64,000 nt of DNA. Source: Eubacteriales bacterium. GTDB taxonomy: Bacteria > Bacillota > Clostridia > Oscillospirales > CAG-272. This document shows, one piece after another, positions 48,728-56,400 of the stretch. Position 1 is the first letter of the stretch; every line of letters begins with the position of its first letter. The DNA lies in assembly GCA_045577755.1 (NCBI GenBank), contig JAZNJA010000252.1:14271-78270 (forward strand), written 5' to 3'. A program made the position numbers and the translations under genes. The notes beneath the pieces were generated by a model. That model was not told the origin of the DNA and did no database searches. It saw only the letters and a program-made list of their open reading frames with translations.

Positions 48728-49719
48728 TACTTCTTGGTCTCCCCAACCAGCTTGGCGATGACGTCGTCCACCGTGAGCTTATCGTTGATAGCGGTGTAGT
48801 TGATCTTGATACGGTGGCGCAGGACGGGGAGGGCCAGGGCCTTGATATCGTCGTAGGAGACGTTGAAGTTACCGTTCATGAGTGCGCGGACCTTGGCGCA
48901 GGTGATCAGGGCCTGGGCGGCGCGGGGGGAGGCGCCGTACTTGATGTATTTCTTGGCGGTTTCGGATGCGCCGCTGATCTCGGGATGGGTACCCGACACC
49001 AGGCGGACGGCGTAGTCCAGGACCTCGTCGATGACGGGGACCTGAGAGGCCAGCTCCCGCATCTCCAGGATATCGTGGCCGTCCATAGCCACTTCGGCAG
49101 TCTCGGCCATGGTGATCTGGGTCATCTTCACGATGTCCATCAGCTCCTTGTCCGAGGGGAATTTCATGAGAAGCTTGAACATGAAGCGGTCCATCTGGGC
49201 TTCGGGCAGGGGGTAGGTACCGTCCTGCTCAATGGGGTTCTCGGTAGCCAGAACGAAGAAGGGCTCCTCCAGCTTGTAGGTGTTGCCCGCCACGGTGACC
49301 TTATGCTCCTGCATGACCTCCAGCATAGCCGACTGGGTCTTGGGGGTAGCGCGGTTGATCTCGTCGGCCAGGACCAGGTTAGCGAAGATGGGGCCGCGGC
49401 GGAATTCGCTTTGCATATTGCCCTGCTCGTCCTTGCGCATGATCTCGGTACCCGTCACGTCGGAGGGCATGAGATCGGGGGTGAACTGGATGCGGGAGAA
49501 GGGCAGATTCAGAGTCTTACCCAGGGAGCGGACCAGACGGGTCTTACCCACACCGGGGACACCCTCCAGAAGGACGTTACCACCGGCGATGATGGCGATG
49601 ATGACGTTATCCACCACCTCGTCCTGGCCCACCAGGTCGCGGCGGAGCTGGGTCTTGACATTCTGAACGGCGGCATTGAATTTCTGTACGCGCTCGGCGT
49701 TGACGTTTACGTTTTCCAT
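48727..49719 (-). CDS. MoxR-family AAA+ ATPase
   Basis: Walker A GVPGVGKT, Walker B VLADEINRATPKTQSAMLEVMQE, MoxR-type C-terminal lid (GASPRAAQAL). Confidence 0.92.
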   Translation of the reverse strand: MENVNVNAERVQKFNAAVQNVKTQLRRDLVGQDEVVDNVIIAIIAGGNVLLEGVPGVGKTRLVRSLGKTLNLPFSRIQFTPDLMPSDVTGTEIMRKDEQGNMQSEFRRGPIFANLVLADEINRATPKTQSAMLEVMQEHKVTVAGNTYKLEEPFFVLATENPIEQDGTYPLPEAQMDRFMFKLLMKFPSDKELMDIVKMTQITMAETAEVAMDGHDILEMRELASQVPVIDEVLDYAVRLVSGTHPEISGASETAKKYIKYGASPRAAQALITCAKVRALMNGNFNVSYDDIKALALPVLRHRIKINYTAINDKLTVDDVIAKLVGETKK

Positions 49720-49813
49720 GGTATTTCTTTCCTTTTCGTTCGTGATATCCGGATGCGCCGGAAATATTCTGTATGCGGTCGGGTAAAGGCTCGCCTGTGC
49801 GCGCCCTCACCGT

Positions 49814-51235
49814 TCAGGGAGAATTCTCTTTGTTCTCAGAGCCATTGAAGAGAATGGCAAAGTAATCGCCCAGGGCCTCCTCCAGCTCCGGGGGGAGGTT
49901 CCCGTCCACCAGCAGCTCGGAGATCTTGGCGTAGTAGCCTCCGATGACCTCGCCGTAGGTGACGTAGGCGTCAAGATCGGGATCGTAGATGGTATCGTCC
50001 GAGCCGAAGATCATCTCACCCGAGCCAAGGCCGCCCGCGTGGATCTGATCGAGATCGTCCTCGGGCTCATAGTCCTCCTCGCGGCGGGGATCATCGGGGT
50101 CGTTGAAGATATGCTCGGGCAGCTCGGAGGCCTTGATGCCGAAGATGGACAGAAGGGTATAGATGGTCTCGTCCTCCACCTCCTCGTTGACGGCCTGGAT
50201 GTACAGGGCGCTGTTGAGCGCCTCCTCGGCCTCGGAGAAGAGGGCCTTCAGCCCATCCTCGTCGGCGGGATCGCTGACGGCGGCGAGCTTGACCGTAAAG
50301 GCCAGTAGGGCAATATGCACCTCGTTTTCGGAATTCACGCCCGAAAGGGTCAGAGATCGGGTAATACCCGTAGCCAGGTCGGTGGCGGCGACGGTCCGGT
50401 CCAGGATAGCGGATTGGGTCTGATTCATCCACTCACCGACGAGCAGTGCCCGGAGGGAGTCAATGGCGCCGCCCAGATCCGCGACAGTATCCGAGGGAGA
50501 AGCCAGCATGGCCGCGGCGATGGCGTCGTAGGTGTTGTGGTCCGAGACGACGGCGTGGATGCCCTCAACGCAAGCGACGACGGCCTCCTTCATGGCGGGT
50601 TCCTTACGGATACTGCCCAGCTTGACGAGCAGGCTCTCCAGCTGCTTGACGGTGGCTTCCTTGGGCTCCTCCTCCATATCCGAGGTCTTGACTCGCTGGA
50701 TAAGGTCCTTCAGCGCCTGGGTCTGCCAGGGGGTGATGGCGAAGCTGTTCTCCACCACGGGCGGGGGCTCCGGAGGCTCCTTGGCAGGGACCAGTACCGT
50801 ACCTGTGAAGGCCAGGACTGCCACCACAGGCAGGAGGATAAAGAGCCAGGTGCAGACGCCCTTGACCTTGCGGACGGGGGTCTCCCGGAGGATGCGGTCG
50901 GTGTCCTCCCGCTGGAGGGCGGCCATGGGGCTTGGATCCTTACGGAAGGCCAGCATGGTCTGGGTCTTTTCTCCCAAGGACAGATGGGCATCTACGCGCT
51001 TGGCCACCCTCTTCCCTGTGGGCAGCAGGAGCAGCATCATGATCCCGAAGCCCACCGCGGCCACGGCGGCGGCGCAGAGGGCGTAGCTCAGAAATTCCGT
51101 CTCGGCTGCGGTCAGCTTATCCCTCAGCCAGAGAGCCGCGAAGGCTACAAGCCCCAAGGACAGCCCGAAAACCACCGCTCGCAGAACGGCGCCCACCGAG
51201 AGCCTTCGCTTGAATTTAGAGAATCCTTTTCCCAT
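49814..51235 (-). CDS. Three-TM membrane protein with acidic C-terminal domain, first gene of the MoxR operon
   Basis: AAGAGGAA RBS and a perfect promoter 70-98 nt upstream. TM helices near aa 20, 55 and 125. Acidic tail (DPDDPRREEDYEPEDDLD). No family recognised with confidence. Confidence 0.65.
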   Translation of the reverse strand: MGKGFSKFKRRLSVGAVLRAVVFGLSLGLVAFAALWLRDKLTAAETEFLSYALCAAAVAAVGFGIMMLLLLPTGKRVAKRVDAHLSLGEKTQTMLAFRKDPSPMAALQREDTDRILRETPVRKVKGVCTWLFILLPVVAVLAFTGTVLVPAKEPPEPPPVVENSFAITPWQTQALKDLIQRVKTSDMEEEPKEATVKQLESLLVKLGSIRKEPAMKEAVVACVEGIHAVVSDHNTYDAIAAAMLASPSDTVADLGGAIDSLRALLVGEWMNQTQSAILDRTVAATDLATGITRSLTLSGVNSENEVHIALLAFTVKLAAVSDPADEDGLKALFSEAEEALNSALYIQAVNEEVEDETIYTLLSIFGIKASELPEHIFNDPDDPRREEDYEPEDDLDQIHAGGLGSGEMIFGSDDTIYDPDLDAYVTYGEVIGGYYAKISELLVDGNLPPELEEALGDYFAILFNGSENKENSP

Positions 51236-51304
51236 GAAATTCCTCTTTTCTGTGTATAGTCACGATAAAAGACGATAAATAGCCATAATAATGCATGATA
51301 CTAT

Positions 51305-51333
51305 ATTATAGCTTTTTTTCGTCATTTTGTCAA
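51305..51333 (-). promoter_or_regulatory. SigA-type promoter, eight-gene MoxR/VWA/lipoprotein operon
   Basis: Minus strand: TTGACA (51328-51333), 17 nt, TATAAT (51305-51310), inside an AT-rich gap. Confidence 0.8.
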
Positions 51334-51480
51334 CGGATAAACGCGTAAATATAGTGAATTGATTGTAAACACTTCATTCTCCCAATGGGTATGATTCCCT
51401 TTTCTCGGCGTGTTCCGTTCTCTGTACGCATCCCCTCCGAGGACACCCGCCTCCCTGTTTTTCAAGGCCCTTACGGCATA

Positions 51481-51510
51481 GAAAAAGTGACCCGCGCGGG
51501 GTCACCTTTT
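51481..51510 (-). terminator. Intrinsic terminator ending the four-gene LRR/TIR-like operon
   Basis: Stem GTGACCC / GGGTCAC (51487-51493 / 51499-51505) flanked by AAAAA and TTTT. 15 nt after the TAA at 51521. Confidence 0.8.
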
Positions 51511-51520
51511 CGTATGGGCT

Positions 51521-53410
51521 TTATCGGTTATTGGGGATGCTGATCTCAATGGAGGGCACCACGGCGACGGTGGTACAGTCGGAGGGCATTTCGCCCGCCT
51601 TGCCTGTGACCGAGGGGAAGATGACCGCGGCGCGGTCGGCGTCGAGGTAATCCCCGGACTCCACCCAGTAGGCGTTGACGTTGCCGTCAAAGATGCTGCC
51701 GCCGATACAGCGGAAGTAGTCGGTGCCGCCGATGTTGAAGCTGCCGACGGTGCGGCGGGCCTCGGGGCTCTGCATTTCTCTGTCCACGTTCAGAAGGCCG
51801 AGCTTACGTCCGTCGAAGCTGAAGAGCCACTCCTGCTCCTCGGGGGTGAAGAGGAGGTCGGCAAACTCGCCGTTCATCCAATCCGCCAGAGTGGAATAGC
51901 GCCACTCGTTGTCGTACCGGTTCTCGTTGAAGGCCATGGCGTCCAGGCCTCTGGAGCAGACCAGAATAGCGGTCTCGACACCGCTGCGCATCCGGCGCAG
52001 GACGTACCAGGTCACGGGCTCAAAGCGGAAGACGTAGATATCACGGTTGAGGTAGTTGTTCTTTCTCTGGCTCTCGGCTCTGGGGTTCTCCTCGTTGACG
52101 GTGAAGACGTCACGGTAGCGGGAGAAGTAGACCGCTCGGTAGCGGACACCGTCCACCTCGTCGTCCACGTACCAGCTATAGGGCTGGCCGTTCCTTCTGT
52201 CCAGGTACAGAGGATTCCAGGCACTGGGAGCGGCGGGATTGGGACGGCCGTACTTGTCGAAGAAGAACTTCTTGACGGTCAGACTCATTTCCCGGGACTG
52301 GGGGTAGTTGCCGAAGACCACGTGGTTGTCATCGATGAATACGGGGGGATGGGAGGTGCCTACCGAATCCCTCCGCACAGGCACAGGGTCAGGAACAGGC
52401 ATCCCTGTAGGCACGGGGACAGGCACGGGGATGGGCTTTATGCCGCGTATATTGTTAGCCGCCAGAACGAAATTGATGATCTGATCCTCATCGTCACGCT
52501 GGAAAATATTCTCCTGCACTCGCTGGTTATTCAGATGGATCTGATACTGACCGCTGTAGCGCACGAAGCCGAGCTGAATGCGCTTACTGCGGTTGACCGG
52601 GTCGTTGCGGATGGCGTCAAAGCGGGAGTACATCTCTATGAGACGGTTGTCCACGTCGCGGTCCACCAGAGCCAGCATACACTGGGAATGGTTCAGAGCG
52701 TACAGGATCTTGGCCTCGTAGGTGATCATGTTCTCATCGGCCTCATCGGGATTGGGACAGAATACCCGATTGATCTTCTGGGCATTTGCCATGAGCTTAT
52801 GGATGGTCGTAGCCATGTGGTAGGCCTCGGCGCGGTCCTTGGAAAGGTCCTCAAAGGCAATGAAGAGCTGATACTCCTTCCCCTCCCGCTCCAGGCGGTT
52901 GTAGTAGTCGTTGATACCGTCGATGTATTCCGCAAAGGCCATGAGTCGCTTCATTTTCCGCTCGCGGTGGGCTCTGTCGGGAATGGATTCGACCAGCTCC
53001 ACGGCAATCAGAAAGTCGTTGGCATCCTGGAAGCGCTCCTTGTGAGGGGTATGGCAGATGATGACGGGAGGCTTTGCCTCGTCCATTCCGATCTGCTCGT
53101 TGTAGACGATCTGGACGTCGAACTGGGACAGGGCGCGGCCCAGGTGGGCATCCACGTAGGACAGGTCCTTGATGGTACCGCTTCTGTCCTCGTGCTTGAG
53201 GTCCAGGGCGTAGCCGAAATGCTTGGTGGCTTCGGTGTAGCGGCCCGAGGCCAGGGCATTGTAGCCGTTGGTCACGTGGGAAACGTGGATGGACTTGAAT
53301 TCAAACTCAATGCCGCAATACTTACATTTGACTGCGGTAGTATTATCGGGCTTGGTCGTGAATTGCTTCGTGTCGAAGCATCCGCCGCATTGGGGGCAGG
53401 TATACAGCAT
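51521..53410 (-). CDS. Cytoplasmic zinc-ribbon / TPR-like / TIR-like / Pro-rich linker / DUF6273-like protein
   Basis: CPQCGG...CKYCG zinc ribbon. GRYTEATKHFGYALDL TPR-like helix pair. Flavodoxin/TIR-like strand-helix pattern (YQLFIAFED...NRVFCP...YEAKILYALNHSQCMLALVD). PIPVPVPVPTGMPVPDPVPV linker. C-terminal WYVL..ILVCSRGLDAMAF..W..STLADWMNGEF..LFTPEE pattern as I recall for DUF6273. No signal peptide. Domain calls are from pattern memory only. Confidence 0.6.
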   Translation of the reverse strand: MLYTCPQCGGCFDTKQFTTKPDNTTAVKCKYCGIEFEFKSIHVSHVTNGYNALASGRYTEATKHFGYALDLKHEDRSGTIKDLSYVDAHLGRALSQFDVQIVYNEQIGMDEAKPPVIICHTPHKERFQDANDFLIAVELVESIPDRAHRERKMKRLMAFAEYIDGINDYYNRLEREGKEYQLFIAFEDLSKDRAEAYHMATTIHKLMANAQKINRVFCPNPDEADENMITYEAKILYALNHSQCMLALVDRDVDNRLIEMYSRFDAIRNDPVNRSKRIQLGFVRYSGQYQIHLNNQRVQENIFQRDDEDQIINFVLAANNIRGIKPIPVPVPVPTGMPVPDPVPVRRDSVGTSHPPVFIDDNHVVFGNYPQSREMSLTVKKFFFDKYGRPNPAAPSAWNPLYLDRRNGQPYSWYVDDEVDGVRYRAVYFSRYRDVFTVNEENPRAESQRKNNYLNRDIYVFRFEPVTWYVLRRMRSGVETAILVCSRGLDAMAFNENRYDNEWRYSTLADWMNGEFADLLFTPEEQEWLFSFDGRKLGLLNVDREMQSPEARRTVGSFNIGGTDYFRCIGGSIFDGNVNAYWVESGDYLDADRAAVIFPSVTGKAGEMPSDCTTVAVVPSIEISIPNNR

Positions 53411-53442
53411 ATTTGAGTCTCCTTGCGGTATTTTCGGTTTTT

Positions 53443-53475
53443 GGCGGGCGGTTCGGAATATCCGCTCCGCCCGCC
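53443..53475 (-). other. GC-rich intercistronic hairpin without U-tract
   Basis: GGCGGGCGG (53443-51) / CCGCCCGCC (53467-75) with inner CGGA/TCCG pairing. Lies between the LRR-gene stop (53497) and the RBS of the downstream gene. Confidence 0.7.
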
Positions 53476-53496
53476 GTGGGGGGGTCTTTTTTGTGA

Positions 53497-56400
53497 TTAC
53501 TGTCCGAACTGCCCCTCGTACAGAGCGGCGATGCTCTCGGGGATGTCGTACTTGGCGAACAGGCAGCCCTTGAAGGCGTTCTTGTTCACCATGGTCATGC
53601 TCTCCGAGAAGGTGATGTCACGCAGGGCGAGGCAAGCGCCGAAGGCGTTGTTCTCAACCGTGACGAGTCCCTCGGGGAAGGTGACGGCCTTCAGGGAGGT
53701 ACAGGTGCTGAACGCGTTCTTTTCGATGGTGTTGAGCAGACCCATGTCGTTGAAGTCGATCTCCTTGAGAGAGGTGCAACCGTTGAAGGCGTCGGCGGGG
53801 ATGACCGTGAGGCTTGCGGGGATGTGGATGTAGGTCAGGGCGGTGCAGGTCTCGAAGGCACCGACGCCCATGGTGGTCAGGGTATCGGGGAGGCTGACGC
53901 TGTTCAGGAACAGGAAGCCCTTGAACGCGCCCTTCTCAATGGTGGTGGTACCCTCGCCAAGAGTCAGGGAGTTGAGGATGAGGGCCGCGCCGTTGAAGCT
54001 GTCGTTTTCCACGGTCTTCATGGCGGTGACAGTCACGTCCTTAACGCGGGAGTTGCCGAAGACGTGGGTATAGCCCTTGGACACGTCGGAGGGGGAGGCA
54101 CCCACGAAGGGCAGAGTCGCGGTCTTCAGATCGGAGCAATCCGAGAACGCGTCCTTACCGACGGAGGCAAGCCCCTTCGGCAGGGTGATCTCTTCAAACT
54201 CACATCCGGAGAAGGCCTTCTCGCCGATGGTGAGGAGGGATTCGGGGAGGACCAGGTGGCTGCCGTACACCGAGGTATTGGCGAAGGCGGAAGCACCGAT
54301 GGAGTTCAGGGGGAGACTGACCAGGTTGACGTACTCCAGGTATTCGCTGTTGCTGCCCATGCCGTCGGGGATCTGCGTAACCGAGGCGGGCAGATCCAGA
54401 GTAGCCAGTCTTGCGCAGTCGGCGAAGGCGTAGGTACCGATCTTCTTGACGGCGGTAGCGGAGAGATCCAGGGCATAGAGGGAATCGCAGTTGCGGAAGG
54501 CCTCGTCACCCAGGGTCGTCACGGCTCCGGGAAGGGTAATGTCGACAAGGCTTACACAGTCACGGAAGGCACCGTTTCCGATGGTATGGAGAGTGTCGGG
54601 CAGGTAGACGTACTCCAGGGAGCTTTCAGCGAAGGCGTAGTCCGAGAGGGTATTGAGTTGAGACTCGAACATCACGGAAGTGAGGTTGGGGCAGTCCTTG
54701 AAGGCGTAGGCGCCGATGTTCTCGATGCTGCGGAGGGTTTCTACGTTGGCCAGGCTGGAACAGCCCTCGAAGCAGTTATTGCCGATGGTCTTGACACGGC
54801 TGAGGTCAATGGCGGCCAGCTGGTTGACGTTCTTGAAGGCGCCCTCACCCATAACGGTGACCGAATCCATGCCGTTGATCTCGGTCAGGCTCTTACAGTC
54901 AGCGAAGGCGTAAGCACCCAGGCTCGTGACGCTGGCGGGAAGGGTGATGGATCTCAGATTCATGCCCCGGAAGGCGGAATCGGCGACGGCGGTCATGGGA
55001 GACGCGATACGCAGGTCGCGGACCGACGCGCAATCCTTGAAGGACTCGGCGCTCAGGTCGGTCATGACGGTCACGGTGACGGTGATGGACTTTGCGGAAT
55101 CGTCACAGTAGAAGATATCGCTGAGGGATTCACGATTGGAGGACTTAAGGGTGGTTCCCGTGAAGGGGACCGTGATGGATTCGATTTTGGTGATATCGGC
55201 GAAGGCGTTCTTGCCCACCAGGGTGGCGGAGGCAGGGACGACGACCTCGGTGAAGCTGACACAGCCGCGGAATGCTTCCCTTCCAATGGTCTTCAGGCTG
55301 TTGCTGAAGGTGACGTTGGGCAGGAGCTTGCATTCCTTGAAAGCGCCGTTGCCGATCTCGGTGACCGCGATCAGGCCCTCGAAGTCGGTCAGGCGGACAC
55401 AGCCGCGGAAGGCGTTCTTGCCGATCTTGTCAACGGAGGAGGCATCCTTGACCGACTGGAGTTTCACACAGCCGTCGAAGGCGCCCTCTGAGATGGTCTT
55501 GATACCGCCGGGCAGATAGACGGACATGAGGCTCAGCTCCTTGCAGGCGTTCTTGCCCAGGGTATCGCAAGCGCTGAGGGTCAGGGTGGCGATTCCGTCG
55601 GCACCGCGCAGGGAGCCGCGGTTGACGGTCTTCATGGCGGTGATCTCCACCGTCAGCTTCTTGGTGGCGTCGCCACAGCTGACCATACCTGTCAGAGAGC
55701 GGTTGTTACTGTTCTCCGGGGTAGTGCCCGTGAAGGGGACCGAAATGGTCTCCAGGTTGGGCAGATCGCGGAAGGCTCCCTGGCCGATGGTGGTAACGGA
55801 CACGGGAACCGTAACGTTCTTGAAGAGGGTACATCCGCGGAAGGCGTTGGCACCGATGGTCTTCAAAGACGGGGAGAAGCTGACGTCGTCGAGCTTTACA
55901 CAAGAGCGGAAGGCACTGCTGCCGATCTCGGTGACCTGATCCAGTCCCACGACCATGGTCAGATTCTTACAATCCATGAAGGCGCCGTTACCGATGCTCT
56001 TGAGGGAGTCGAAGCTCACGGTGGTGAGGGACGAGCACTCGCGGAAGGCGTTGTCGCCCAGCAGCTCGACGTCCTCCGCACCGATGATCTCCTGCAGCTT
56101 GGTACAGCCGTAGAAGGCATTCGCGCCGATCTCGAGAACGTGCTTCGGAATGGAAACCGTCTTGACAAAGGAGAGGTCACGGAAGGCATTATCATGGATC
56201 TCGGTAACGCCGTCACCCAGATGGATGGCGGAGCACCAGTTGAAGTCATCGAAGGAATGCTCACCGATGAGGGTGTTACCCGTTACGGTCAGGGTGATGC
56301 CGTTCTTCTTACTGTCGTACTTCATCACGTCCTTCAGGGATCCCTGCGCTGCCTCCTCGGGCGTGTGGCCCAGATAGGGGATGTTCAGGGTAACGACGTT

